Shown here piece after piece: positions 29,916 through 39,752 of a stretch of 64,000 nucleotides of DNA. This DNA is from Pseudomonadales bacterium (lineage in GTDB: Bacteria; Pseudomonadota; Gammaproteobacteria; Pseudomonadales; Azotimanducaceae): the NCBI GenBank assembly GCA_046582115.1, contig JAYGFA010000047.1, positions 207 through 64,206 of the forward strand. The letters run 5' to 3'. The number at the start of each line of letters is the position of its first letter. Position 1 is the first letter of the stretch. The translations under genes were made by a program, and so were the position numbers. The notes beneath the pieces are model-generated. The model was given only the letters and a program-made list of their open reading frames with translations, was not told the origin of the DNA and ran no database searches.

Positions 29916-30794
29916 GTGGCGCGTTCCCGAGAAACACGAGCGATTCTCTTCGGATTGGCCGCGGTCGCTCTGTGGTCCACCGTTGCAACGGCTTTCAAAC
30001 TCGGTCTCGCGTTCCTCACGCCAATTCAAATGTTATGGCTTGGCAGCGTTTTCTCCTTGGGGTTCTTCGCCCTCACGAGACTGTTCATCGCACCCACGCC
30101 GATGACCGGAGCCGTCTACCTTCGCGCCGGCCTGTTGGGATTAGTCAACCCGCTGGCGTATTACTTGATTCTGTTCGAAGCCTACAATCGGTTACCCGCG
30201 CAGATCGCGCAACCGCTGAACTACACCTGGGGGATAACCCTCGCCATTCTCGCTATCCCTTTACTTAAGCAGCGCTTATCGTCAAAGGCGTTGCTTGGGA
30301 TAAGCATTAGTTATGTTGGCGTGGTCATTCTCGTAACACAGGGCGCCAGCGTCGGGTTTGATACCTTCGACGTGGGCGGAATCACGCTCGCGCTGTTCAG
30401 CACATTGCTGTGGTCGCTCTACTGGCTCGCGACCATCCGACTGGACCGTCATCCCGCGTCGCTCATGCTGACCGGATTTGCAGTCGCCACACCTATCATC
30501 GGATTGATTTGTTGGTTCACCGATGGCTTCCCACCATTGACGCCCCAAACACTGTCAGTTGGGGCCTGGGTTGGTCTGTTCGAAATGGGGGTCACCTTTC
30601 TTCTATGGCAGAAGGCGCTATCTCTTACTCGACACGTCGCAAAAATCAGTCAGCTCATTTTTCTCTCGCCATTTATTTCGCTGTTGTTGATCGATCAAAT
30701 ATTGGGAGAAACCGTCCACCCTAGTGCAATCATTTCTCTCGGACTGATTGTCCTAGGGGTCGTATTGGTTAATAAACCTACTATCGCGCGGTGA
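29916..30794 (+). CDS. DMT superfamily (EamA-like) transporter
   Basis: About ten hydrophobic helices in two EamA-like repeats. GTG start. Confidence 0.75.
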   Translation: MARSRETRAILFGLAAVALWSTVATAFKLGLAFLTPIQMLWLGSVFSLGFFALTRLFIAPTPMTGAVYLRAGLLGLVNPLAYYLILFEAYNRLPAQIAQPLNYTWGITLAILAIPLLKQRLSSKALLGISISYVGVVILVTQGASVGFDTFDVGGITLALFSTLLWSLYWLATIRLDRHPASLMLTGFAVATPIIGLICWFTDGFPPLTPQTLSVGAWVGLFEMGVTFLLWQKALSLTRHVAKISQLIFLSPFISLLLIDQILGETVHPSAIISLGLIVLGVVLVNKPTIAR

Positions 30795-30822
30795 AAGCAG
30801 GTCGATTTTTCATGTTGGTGAT

Positions 30823-31968
30823 CTAAATCAAACCATTCAGTTGGTTCAGATTACCGAACCGGCCAGGATCAAGGTCTTTATCGGCCAAGGCCGGATGATC
30901 GACGGGGTACCGATGCGCTCGATAGATGCTGACAGTGGCCTCTCCCCTCGAGTTGTTGTTTAGAAAGGGGTTAATCCATTCCCAAACAACCTCATGGCCG
31001 CGATTCACTTCAAACAATCGCCCACTGGTACCCTCGCAAACCAAAACATTTCCTGATTCTAGGCGGGTCGCCCCAGAGATATGCCCGCTGAAGAATTGAT
31101 GCGAAGGGATCCCATGATAATCCCATACGACCTCCGAGTTACTTGGGTTAATTTCAATGACTCGTGAACTTGAATCTCCATTATCAAAAACTTGAATGTT
31201 GCCATGCTTGACCCATGTGGCATCGTGTTGGCCGTGCGTTTGGGTGTACTTGAAGCCAATTTCTCCGGTTTTGTTATCGATCACGCAGACCCGATCGTTG
31301 TGACGGGCCGAAAACACGATGTCACCTTCGGAGTTCACGTCGATCGAGTTAATATGAGTCCATTCCCAACGGCGGACCGTAGCGAAAATAGGATCTCGGA
31401 CAGGATCAAGCAGTTTCCACGTATGAATACGACGCACTTCGTTTTGGGCCTGATCAATTTCAACCAAATCGTCGCCGAGCAGCCGGGGCACCCTCTCTCG
31501 AGGCATTTTTCGCCCGCCACGGACCCCACGATGGAATTCTTCAGGTAATTCCACCCACTCGGGGACCATCGTGTTGCCATTAGGGAATCGGTAAAAGTCA
31601 TGGTGTTGAAATTTATTGACGTACTCCCAAACGAGGTTGCCATCCCAATCGACCTCAACCAGCGTCGTGTGGTACCCGCCCAAGCGCGTGACATGTTGTT
31701 CGAGCGGTGGTGGCGCTTTAGTGGGTTCGTCTTTTGGCGGTTTAGGCGCATTGATATCCGAACCGGTCATCAGCAGATTGCCATTGTCGAGCAAGCGCCC
31801 GTACCCGGGTTTGATATGGCTAAAGGTCCAGCGGTGCACTACCTGTCCGTCAATATTGATAAGGTAGGTCGCCGTATCGCCATGAGGCGTCATTACCGTA
31901 TACCCTTTCGTCGAAAGTCCCGGCCGATGAAACGTCAGTCCCGTGGGGCGGTTGACAGACCATCCCAT
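30823..31968 (-). CDS. arylsulfotransferase (ASST)-like beta-propeller protein
   Basis: Repeated beta-strand blades and His-rich motifs (QHHDF, WTHINS, GQHDATW) recalled from the ASST family. No signal peptide. Family call is tentative. Confidence 0.5.
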   Translation of the reverse strand: MGWSVNRPTGLTFHRPGLSTKGYTVMTPHGDTATYLINIDGQVVHRWTFSHIKPGYGRLLDNGNLLMTGSDINAPKPPKDEPTKAPPPLEQHVTRLGGYHTTLVEVDWDGNLVWEYVNKFQHHDFYRFPNGNTMVPEWVELPEEFHRGVRGGRKMPRERVPRLLGDDLVEIDQAQNEVRRIHTWKLLDPVRDPIFATVRRWEWTHINSIDVNSEGDIVFSARHNDRVCVIDNKTGEIGFKYTQTHGQHDATWVKHGNIQVFDNGDSSSRVIEINPSNSEVVWDYHGIPSHQFFSGHISGATRLESGNVLVCEGTSGRLFEVNRGHEVVWEWINPFLNNNSRGEATVSIYRAHRYPVDHPALADKDLDPGRFGNLNQLNGLI

Positions 31969-31980
31969 CGTTAATAGTCC

Positions 31981-33054
31981 CTAGGGGAGGTCATCGGTTA
32001 CCCCAAGATCGACCATCGTTTTCTTGAACCACTCAATGACTTCTGGGTGGTACGGAATACCTTCTGCGCGGCGGTCTAGCTCCGCCTCATGTTCAGGGAT
32101 GCCCGGATAGACCACGCGCGATTCACCGGGCGCGGGCTTACAGTCGAGCAACGCACGCAAGTAGTCGTCCATGTCTTTCTTGAAGATAGCCACGTCGCAG
32201 AATGCACTCACGTCGTACGCCATAAAATAGTGCGACGTGCCTTGACGCCGAAAGGGTCCACCGCCCGTGCCCGTCAACACGCCACACAGAATTTCGACCA
32301 GCATCGCCAACCCAAAGCCCTTATGGGAGCCGATCTCCCGCGTACCACCGAGCGGAAGCATCATGAACCCTTCGAGTACCGGGGATTCTTCCATCACGGG
32401 AGCACCGTCAGCATCGCTAATCCACCCTGGTGCAACGTTGCCATCGACGCGTTGCAACAATTGAATTTTATTCGCGGCAATCGAACTCATGGACGCATCA
32501 AATATAAAGGGCACTTCGGTATTGGAAGGTGCCGCGATTCCAATCGGATTGAGCCCCAGAAGTCGCTCGGCACCCTGCGTCGGGGTGACCAATAAACCGC
32601 CCGTGGTCATAGAGATGCCAACCATGTCGTGATCCAAAGCCAAATGCGCGTAATACGCTGACGGGCCGTAATGTTGACCGTTATATGCCGTTACAACAGC
32701 AACTCCAGTTTCCTTCGCACGTTTGCAGGCTTCCTCCATGAACACGCGACTTTGTGCAATCCCCAGCCCATTATCACAATCGTATGAAATCGCGCCCACG
32801 GTATCGCGTTCGCGACGCGCCAAAGGCGACGGATTGATCTTTTCGGCACGAAACCCCGCGACGTACGCTCGCATCATGTTGGAAACGCCGTGGGAATCAA
32901 TGCCTCTTATATCGGCATAGAGCAAGACATCGGCGGAGGCTTCCGCTTCCGCCTCCGGCATATCGAACGCCTTAAAAATATCCTCGACCGCCTGGCGCAT
33001 GACGGCCTGATCCACCCGGACAGCGATATCGTCGGGCACCTTGAAACGTTCCAG
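31981..33054 (-). CDS. Ldh_2 family (malate/L-lactate/sulfolactate dehydrogenase-like) oxidoreductase
   Basis: IRGIDSHGV motif and the family-typical GSHKGFGLAM. Start at internal ATG 33054. Confidence 0.8.
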   Translation of the reverse strand: MERFKVPDDIAVRVDQAVMRQAVEDIFKAFDMPEAEAEASADVLLYADIRGIDSHGVSNMMRAYVAGFRAEKINPSPLARRERDTVGAISYDCDNGLGIAQSRVFMEEACKRAKETGVAVVTAYNGQHYGPSAYYAHLALDHDMVGISMTTGGLLVTPTQGAERLLGLNPIGIAAPSNTEVPFIFDASMSSIAANKIQLLQRVDGNVAPGWISDADGAPVMEESPVLEGFMMLPLGGTREIGSHKGFGLAMLVEILCGVLTGTGGGPFRRQGTSHYFMAYDVSAFCDVAIFKKDMDDYLRALLDCKPAPGESRVVYPGIPEHEAELDRRAEGIPYHPEVIEWFKKTMVDLGVTDDLP

Positions 33055-33150
33055 CATAACTACCTCTCCTTTTCGACCGAACAAGGTAACAGATCAATAA
33101 CTGAGGCGCGCATAATCAGCCCTCAGAGAGACCTTTCTAGCTCGGTAGTG

Positions 33151-34275
33151 ATGTACGGAAACGGGAACACGTCGATCCCTCTCGATTCGACAAATGCGGC
33201 CTGGTTGCTGAGACGCACGCCTCCCGAGGGCTGGCCCGCGGACGGCGACTTTACCTGGGTCAGGAAGGACCAGCACGTGCCCCACCGTGGGCAAGCGCTG
33301 ACACAAACGCTCTACCTCTCGTTGGACCCATACCAGTGGGGACGCCGCCGCAGCGGTACCGAAACCCCCGGAGATGTATGTCATGGCCGCACCGTATCCC
33401 AGGTGATCGCCAGCCGCTCGGCTGAATACCGCGAGGGCGACATCATCTTCAATACCAACGGCTGGCAGCGTTTCGGCCTGGTTGGAGCAGAAGTAGATGT
33501 TTTCGGATACATGTTCCCGCGAGTTCTGGATGCTAACGCAGCACCGATATCCACCGCGGTGGGTATCCTGGGCATGCTTGGTTTGACGGCTTATTCAGGA
33601 ATCTACATCCAATGCGAGCCAAGACCAGGCGAAACGGTCGTGGTTTCAGCCGCGTCCGGCGGTGTTGGTCAAGCCGCTGGCCAGATCGCCCGAATCATGG
33701 GATGTCGCGTGGTTGGTATTGCGGGCCGAGAATCCAAGTGCCAGTTCGTTACCGACGAGCTGGGTTTCGACGCGTGTGTTTCGCACCGTTCTCCGAGCTA
33801 CACCGAAGACCTTAGCAAGGCGTGTCCCGACGGCATCGACGCGTACTTCGAAAATGTCGGCGGCGGCGTGTATGAAGGTGTATTACCACTGCTCAATCGG
33901 GGATCACGTATTACTCTGTGCGGCATGATCTCCCACTACGGTGACACCAAACCTGAAAACGCTTCCGAACGATGGCAAGCAACAGGAGCACCCTTCTTCC
34001 AAAAGCAAAATGTGACAGTCCATCCCCTTTTCGTACGAAATTTTGTCAACACGTACCAGGCCATTTTCCTTGAAACCATGGCGGGTTGGATTAAAGACGG
34101 ATTAATACGTTATCGGGAGGACCTTTGGGACAGCCTCGAAAACGCCCCCGAGGCGTTCGCGGCTATGCTGAAGGGAATGAATTTTGGGAAAACGTTGGTG
34201 AGGGCTGCGCCCGACCCAACGTCTAACCAGCGAATCGAGACGGGACGTTCAAACGGCAATGTTCTCGCGACCTAA
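33151..34275 (+). CDS. NADP-dependent medium-chain oxidoreductase (YncB/PTGR-like)
   Basis: AASGGVGQAAGQIARIMGCRVVGIAG nucleotide-binding motif. The start is set at ATG 33151 because the upstream part overlaps the divergent gene. Confidence 0.8.
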   Translation: MYGNGNTSIPLDSTNAAWLLRRTPPEGWPADGDFTWVRKDQHVPHRGQALTQTLYLSLDPYQWGRRRSGTETPGDVCHGRTVSQVIASRSAEYREGDIIFNTNGWQRFGLVGAEVDVFGYMFPRVLDANAAPISTAVGILGMLGLTAYSGIYIQCEPRPGETVVVSAASGGVGQAAGQIARIMGCRVVGIAGRESKCQFVTDELGFDACVSHRSPSYTEDLSKACPDGIDAYFENVGGGVYEGVLPLLNRGSRITLCGMISHYGDTKPENASERWQATGAPFFQKQNVTVHPLFVRNFVNTYQAIFLETMAGWIKDGLIRYREDLWDSLENAPEAFAAMLKGMNFGKTLVRAAPDPTSNQRIETGRSNGNVLAT

Positions 34276-34290
34276 TGCGGCCGAAACCGC

Positions 34291-35169
34291 CTACAAATTA
34301 TCGAGCCAGGCGTTGATTGCCGTGCCAATTTCCGACGGCGAATCTTCCTGTATAAAGTGACTTCCGCGTACAGTCACTTCGTGCTGATTCGGCCAACGTC
34401 GACAAAATTCTCGCTGTTCCCCGGTCAGCAGCGCCCCTGGTTCCGCGTTGATAAATAACTTCGGTACCTCCGACACCCCGAGCCATTCGGCGTAGTTTTC
34501 GACGACACCCGTAACATCCGCTGGCTCACCTTCAATCGGGATCTGCCGCGGCCAGGTCAGAGTCGGTCGACGTCCCTCGCCCGGCTCTGTGAAGGGACGC
34601 CGATATACCTCCATCTCTGCCTCGGTAAGGTCACGCAGTACCGATCCCGGTAACACCCGCTCCACAAAGAGGTTGTTGTCCAACACCATCTCTTCACCCG
34701 CTTCTGAACGAAACCCCCGGAAAATACCGCGGGCCGCGTCCGGAAATTCATCCCATGTCAGCGGGCGGACAATCGCCTCCATGTAACATATTCCGCGTAC
34801 GGCTTGCGGGTGGCGTTGTGCCCAGTCAAATCCAAGCGCCGATCCCCAATCGTGGACAACCATTACCACATCATCGCCCACCCCAAGCGTGGCGAGTGCC
34901 CTATCGAAAAATCGCCGCTGGTCGGCGTAGGTGTACGAATCGGGACCTGAATCAATCAGCTTGTCAGAATCACCCATGCCAATGAGATCCAACGCAATGC
35001 ATCGGCCCCGGTTCGCGACCAGGGGCATCACGTTTCGCCACAGATAACTCGACGTAGGATTACCGTGTTGAAAGACGATGGGCGACCCCTCACCCAATTC
35101 GACGTACGCCATACGCCGATCATCGACCTCGACGAAACACTTCGGATGTTCCTCGGCTGACACCATCAC
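34291..35169 (-). CDS. haloalkane dehalogenase, HLD-II (DhaA-like)
   Basis: HGNPTSSYLWRNVMP, VVHDWGSALGF (Asp nucleophile plus Trp), MEAI (Glu), HFIQED (His). Alignable by eye to Rhodococcus DhaA over the whole length. Confidence 0.9.
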   Translation of the reverse strand: MMVSAEEHPKCFVEVDDRRMAYVELGEGSPIVFQHGNPTSSYLWRNVMPLVANRGRCIALDLIGMGDSDKLIDSGPDSYTYADQRRFFDRALATLGVGDDVVMVVHDWGSALGFDWAQRHPQAVRGICYMEAIVRPLTWDEFPDAARGIFRGFRSEAGEEMVLDNNLFVERVLPGSVLRDLTEAEMEVYRRPFTEPGEGRRPTLTWPRQIPIEGEPADVTGVVENYAEWLGVSEVPKLFINAEPGALLTGEQREFCRRWPNQHEVTVRGSHFIQEDSPSEIGTAINAWLDNL

Positions 35170-35352
35170 AATTCCTCTTATACGTTCTTAACCCGGCGTA
35201 CGTTAAGCCCATCGTAATAGCCCCGAGACAGGGGGGACAACTGAAGAAACTGAGATACACGCAACGTACCTGAAAAACTGCGCCGCTCTTTACCTTGCGC
35301 CTCGGCCCTGTGGATGCATGAATACGGTATCGGCAAGCTGGGAGAAAAGACA

Positions 35353-36132
35353 ATGGCGTCACGAACAGTACTTGTGACGGGAGCGGCTCGTGGTATCGGC
35401 AAAGGTATTGCCATCGCGTTTCTCCGTGCCGGACACCGAGTCATGATCGCCGACCTCGGCGCAAGCCCTGATTGGAACTACGATTTGGCCAGCGATCACG
35501 CCATGAAAGAAACCCTTGATGACCTTTCTTCTCTTGGCGAGGTCGACAGCGTGACCGTGGACGTTACCCAGGAAGCGTCGTGCCAACAAGCGATTGAACA
35601 GACATTAAGGACGTTCGGACAAGTCGATGTCCTCGTCAACAACGCCGGCGTCGTCGATAGTGGTCCAATCGAAAGCTTCAGTGAGGCCACGTGGGACCGG
35701 ATCTTCGCCGTCAATGTTAAAGGGATTTTTCTGATGTCGAAAACGGCATTGCCCGCTCTAAAAGCGTCATCCGATGCAGCGATCGTGAGCACCGCGTCTA
35801 TCGCTGGCAAACGCGGCTCAGCAAATCTTGCGGCGTATTGTGCATCTAAATTCGCGGCTGTGGGATTGACCCAATCGATGGCCCAGGAGTTCGCTCCATT
35901 CGGCATTCGCGTCAACGCGATTTGCCCAGGCGTGGTGGGAACCGCGATGTGGCTTGATCACCTCATGGCAAATCAAGGCACAGCGGCCTTCGACAATCGC
36001 ATGGCCGACATGATGCCGCTCGGTCGACCCCAAACCGCCGACGATATGGGACAAGCAGCCGTATACCTAGCGACCGCTCCAAACGTAACGGGTATTTCGC
36101 TCAACGTGGCCGGCGGTTTCGAGATGAATTAA
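35353..36132 (+). CDS. SDR family oxidoreductase
   Basis: TGAARGIGKG, NNAG, YCASK. Start ATG 35353 is preceded by GGGAGAA. Confidence 0.85.
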   Translation: MASRTVLVTGAARGIGKGIAIAFLRAGHRVMIADLGASPDWNYDLASDHAMKETLDDLSSLGEVDSVTVDVTQEASCQQAIEQTLRTFGQVDVLVNNAGVVDSGPIESFSEATWDRIFAVNVKGIFLMSKTALPALKASSDAAIVSTASIAGKRGSANLAAYCASKFAAVGLTQSMAQEFAPFGIRVNAICPGVVGTAMWLDHLMANQGTAAFDNRMADMMPLGRPQTADDMGQAAVYLATAPNVTGISLNVAGGFEMN

Positions 36133-36147
36133 GGCTTAACAACAGTC

Positions 36148-36954
36148 ATGCGTTTCGTCCGCGACCCGCTGTTTGTTTTTATCGTTATCGGCATCCTGTT
36201 GTTCGCCGTTGATTCACTACGTCAACGAGAGTTGACCGACCGGAATATCGTCGTCAGTAAAAATGATATTCAGCGACTTCACGATCAATGGCTATCGCAG
36301 ATGGGCACTGAACCAACTCCCGCGGAACTCGACGGCTTAATTGACAGTCACGTCCGCGAAGAAATGTTCGTCCGCGAGGCACGGAAACTGGGACTAGAAC
36401 ACGGTGATGTCATTATTCGCCGGCGCCTCGCGCAAAAACTGCAGTTCGTCGTGGAAGATCGCGCACTACTTGAACCACCGAGCGATACGGCATTACGTGG
36501 CTATTTTGACCGCCATCAGCAACGCTACCAAGTGGCTGAGCGATTGACGTTTTCTCACGTTTTTTTCAGCCCCGAACGTCGAGACGACGCTACCAAAGAT
36601 GCAGCAGAGCTGCTTGGGTCGATCAATGATGGCAACTGGCGCGAACTCGGCGACAGCTTCATGTTGCGGCGCACCTATACTCAAGCAACTCCTACAGAAA
36701 TCCGCCGTGATTTTGGTTCGCGCTTTATGACTTCACTATCTCTGCTGCCGGTAGGAACCTGGCAGGGACCCGTCGTATCCGGCTATGGCCAACATCTGGT
36801 GAAGCTGACCCAGCGTCATCCTGTCCGCGAATCTACGTTCCACGAGGCGATCGATAGAGTCCGAAACGATTTCAACCTCGAACGCCGTAACGAGGCAAAC
36901 GCGACCGAACTGAACACCATGCGGGAAAACTACCGTATTCGAATCGAGCGATGA
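36148..36954 (+). CDS. membrane-anchored PpiC/parvulin-type peptidylprolyl isomerase-like protein
   Basis: N-terminal TM helix (LFVFIVIGILLFAV) followed by a SurA-N/rotamase-like region. Family call from memory. The stop overlaps the next gene. Confidence 0.5.
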   Translation: MRFVRDPLFVFIVIGILLFAVDSLRQRELTDRNIVVSKNDIQRLHDQWLSQMGTEPTPAELDGLIDSHVREEMFVREARKLGLEHGDVIIRRRLAQKLQFVVEDRALLEPPSDTALRGYFDRHQQRYQVAERLTFSHVFFSPERRDDATKDAAELLGSINDGNWRELGDSFMLRRTYTQATPTEIRRDFGSRFMTSLSLLPVGTWQGPVVSGYGQHLVKLTQRHPVRESTFHEAIDRVRNDFNLERRNEANATELNTMRENYRIRIER

Positions 36955-37922
36955 ACCGCCTTATCCTAATCGTGTTCTGTTTCTGCGCCGGATCGACCCT
37001 GGCGCACGAAGTGCGACCCGCGTACCTCGAAATAAACGCCGCCGGCGAGAATGCGTATCGGGTGGTCTGGAAACAACCTTTACTTAATGGGCGGCCTTTG
37101 TCGTTGCAACCCGACTTCCCTAACGACTGCGTCCGCTCCTCTACACGAATTGAAGCTCTTGGAGCAGAAGCTCTTATCGAACGCCTTGAACTTCAATGTG
37201 CTTCTTCGCTCGAGGGCCGTACGGTGGGAGTCTCCGGACTGACTAAAACACTCACCGATGTCCTGATTCGGGCACAACTTGGCAACGGCGTCACGACGAT
37301 TCTGCTCCGCCCAGAGTCACCAACCACGGTACTTGTCACCGACCGGTCCGCGCCTTTAACAAGCTACCTGCGGCTCGGTGTCGAACATCTCTTGTTCGGA
37401 ATAGACCATGTGCTCTTTGTGATCGGACTGATGTTTTTCTTGGACCGAATTGCCCCGCTGGTTAAAACCATCACCGCCTTTACACTAGCTCATAGTTTGA
37501 CGCTGGGGATCTCAGCGATTGGTCTCGTCCGAGTACCCCAAGCGCCAATCGAAGCTATTATTGCCCTATCCATTCTGTTTTTGGCAGTGGAAAAGCTTCG
37601 CGGTACCCCCGATAACCTCGCTGTGCGGCACACCTGGTTGATCGCTTTCGTTTTTGGCCTACTGCACGGTTTTGGCTTTGCTGGCGCCCTCAACGATATT
37701 GGACTCCCGCGTGAGAACCTGTTGCTTTCTCTACTCCTGTTCAATCTTGGGGTGGAGCTTGGGCAACTGGTGGTGGTCGGTGCAGCATTGCTGGTTGCAC
37801 AGGCCGCCGCCCGTTGGTTCAGTCCAACGCCAAGGATTGTCTGGCAAGCACCCGTCTACGGGATTGGTGCGATCGCTTCGTTTTGGTTCATTTCGAGGAC
37901 GGCAAGCATTGTCTTCGCTTAA
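36951..37922 (+). CDS. HupE/UreJ family protein
   Basis: Signal peptide then HEVRPAYLEI. C-terminal multi-TM HupE-like region (FTLAHSLTLG, LLHGFGFAG). ATGA overlap with the upstream gene. Confidence 0.7.
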   Translation: MNRLILIVFCFCAGSTLAHEVRPAYLEINAAGENAYRVVWKQPLLNGRPLSLQPDFPNDCVRSSTRIEALGAEALIERLELQCASSLEGRTVGVSGLTKTLTDVLIRAQLGNGVTTILLRPESPTTVLVTDRSAPLTSYLRLGVEHLLFGIDHVLFVIGLMFFLDRIAPLVKTITAFTLAHSLTLGISAIGLVRVPQAPIEAIIALSILFLAVEKLRGTPDNLAVRHTWLIAFVFGLLHGFGFAGALNDIGLPRENLLLSLLLFNLGVELGQLVVVGAALLVAQAAARWFSPTPRIVWQAPVYGIGAIASFWFISRTASIVFA

Positions 37923-38114
37923 CTTCGGCTATTCGCCGGGTTCCCCACCGGAGAATTCACGGGTGAAACGACGGCGCCCATGACGCTTAGCGCCGTTTTT
38001 ACTTTTCATTCGAACTCCTAACGCAACACGGCCAACCTACGTGCCACTTCATCCATAGGGGGGTGCCAACCCTGAGCAGGTGCACTGCCCAATCGTTTGC
38101 TTTGACAGGTTACG

Positions 38115-38735
38115 ATGACGATCGAAAACAACATGGGGCCCGCCAACATGAGCTTCGCCATCTCACGCATTCGCGCAAAAGACCGAAATTTCAACTCGGC
38201 CCATACCGAAATTTCAAACAATTCAAACGCTGCGCTTGAGCCCGCATCTCTTTGGGGTGCATTTCATGGATTATTTGGTCTCGCGTCCAATGAATTAGTC
38301 GTTGTCAGTGTCAGCGCTACAGAAAACGTACACACAAATTTATTGGCTCTCGATAGTGTCGCACAATGTGAGTCGCTCCAACTTGAACCCACCGTTCGAC
38401 CAGTCACCGAAGAACCCGTCTCGCGCGAAGGACTCTACGTTTTTCGGTTCTTTGATGTCGCTCACAAAGATGTCGAGGAAATCGCTGAACTTTCCCGCGT
38501 TGCTTGGGAGAGTTTTGAACACGTCGACGCATACTCGGCAGAACCGCAGGGGCTTTTTTGTCAAACAGACCGATCCCAAGAACGCGGCCGTATGCTTCTC
38601 GTTACCTGGTACGACGGGTTCAATTCTTGGCAAGCATCGAGAAATCCCGCGCCCGAAGCGCGCGAGAATTTCCAACGCCGGCACCGACTCACCAACGGGA
38701 CGGTGGCGTACGCCACACGACTCATCGTGTCGTGA
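38115..38735 (+). CDS. NIPSNAP-like (dimeric alpha/beta barrel) protein
   Basis: Two repeats resembling NIPSNAP (GLYVFRFFDV...WYDGFNSWQASR). Start uncertain (38115 or 38148). Confidence 0.4.
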   Translation: MTIENNMGPANMSFAISRIRAKDRNFNSAHTEISNNSNAALEPASLWGAFHGLFGLASNELVVVSVSATENVHTNLLALDSVAQCESLQLEPTVRPVTEEPVSREGLYVFRFFDVAHKDVEEIAELSRVAWESFEHVDAYSAEPQGLFCQTDRSQERGRMLLVTWYDGFNSWQASRNPAPEARENFQRRHRLTNGTVAYATRLIVS

Positions 38736-39130
38736 AAACCGAACAGGCACTCTTTGCAAACGATACCTTCTATCTCATATTCACGAGCAAGAATTTCGAA
38801 GCAATGGATCGGCTATGGGCGATTAAACATCCGATACTCTGCATCCATCCCGGCTGGCCTGCTCTTACCGAACGCAAAGATGTCATGGAGAGTTGGAAAC
38901 GAATCCTCGAGAACCCGGGTCAGCCCGGGATGGACTTTTATAATGCCAGCGCGCTTGTGGTCGGCGATATTGTCCTTGTGACCTGTTACGAGGAATTATC
39001 TGACAGCGTGATGGTCGCGACCAACGGGTTTGTTAAAGAACGGGGCGAGATCAAGCTCTTTCACCATCATGCGGGTCCATGCTCACAGCCTCCACGACCC
39101 ACGAGCGCCCAGCCTGACAGCACGGTGTGA
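38732..39130 (+). CDS. SnoaL-like / NTF2-fold (DUF4440-like) protein
   Basis: ANDTFYLIFTSKNFEAMDRLWA...CIHPGWPAL pattern. GTG start overlaps the upstream stop (GTGA). The listed 190-aa ORF has a non-coding-looking N-terminus. Confidence 0.6.
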   Translation: MKTEQALFANDTFYLIFTSKNFEAMDRLWAIKHPILCIHPGWPALTERKDVMESWKRILENPGQPGMDFYNASALVVGDIVLVTCYEELSDSVMVATNGFVKERGEIKLFHHHAGPCSQPPRPTSAQPDSTV

Positions 39131-39174
39131 TAATCTCGCCATCGTTATTCTCGTCACTAACTGCATAGAACGCG

Positions 39175-39669
39175 ATGGTAGATCCATTACTCGACGCACC
39201 CATCGTCTGCCCAACAATGCAAGTTGAAGATGCGTGGATCGACTACAACGGCCACATGAATATGGCCTATTACCTGCTCGCTTTCGATCGGTGCCTGGAC
39301 TTCGTGTACGACCACCTCAACATCGGTGTGGAGTACACCGAATCATCGGGAGGATCGTGTTTCTCGCGCGAGGTTCAAGTTAACTATCTCCAGGAACTGG
39401 TCGCAGGGGATCCCGTACGGGTGACCTTTCAGCTCATCGACTGGGATGAAAAACGTCTGCACTTTTTTCAACACATGTACCACGACAACGACGATTATCT
39501 TGCCGCGACCTCCGAACAGCTCGCTCTTCACGTCGATATGAATCTACGTCGAACTACCCCCTTGCCTGAGATAGTGCAACAGCAACTCAACGAGTTGATG
39601 CAAAGGCACAAAATACTCCCCAGGCCGACCCAAGCGGGAGGCCATATTGGTATCCGTAGGAGCCGATGA
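39175..39669 (+). CDS. hot-dog fold acyl-CoA thioesterase
   Basis: VEDAWIDYNGHMNMAYY pattern of 4HBT/YbgC-type thioesterases. Confidence 0.7.
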   Translation: MVDPLLDAPIVCPTMQVEDAWIDYNGHMNMAYYLLAFDRCLDFVYDHLNIGVEYTESSGGSCFSREVQVNYLQELVAGDPVRVTFQLIDWDEKRLHFFQHMYHDNDDYLAATSEQLALHVDMNLRRTTPLPEIVQQQLNELMQRHKILPRPTQAGGHIGIRRSR

Positions 39670-39752
39670 TTGAACTACCGCAATCGCGCCTGCACCCATC
39701 TAACAAAATCTGGGAAATTTAACCACCACATCGATCAAGTGAGGGCCAGCAC

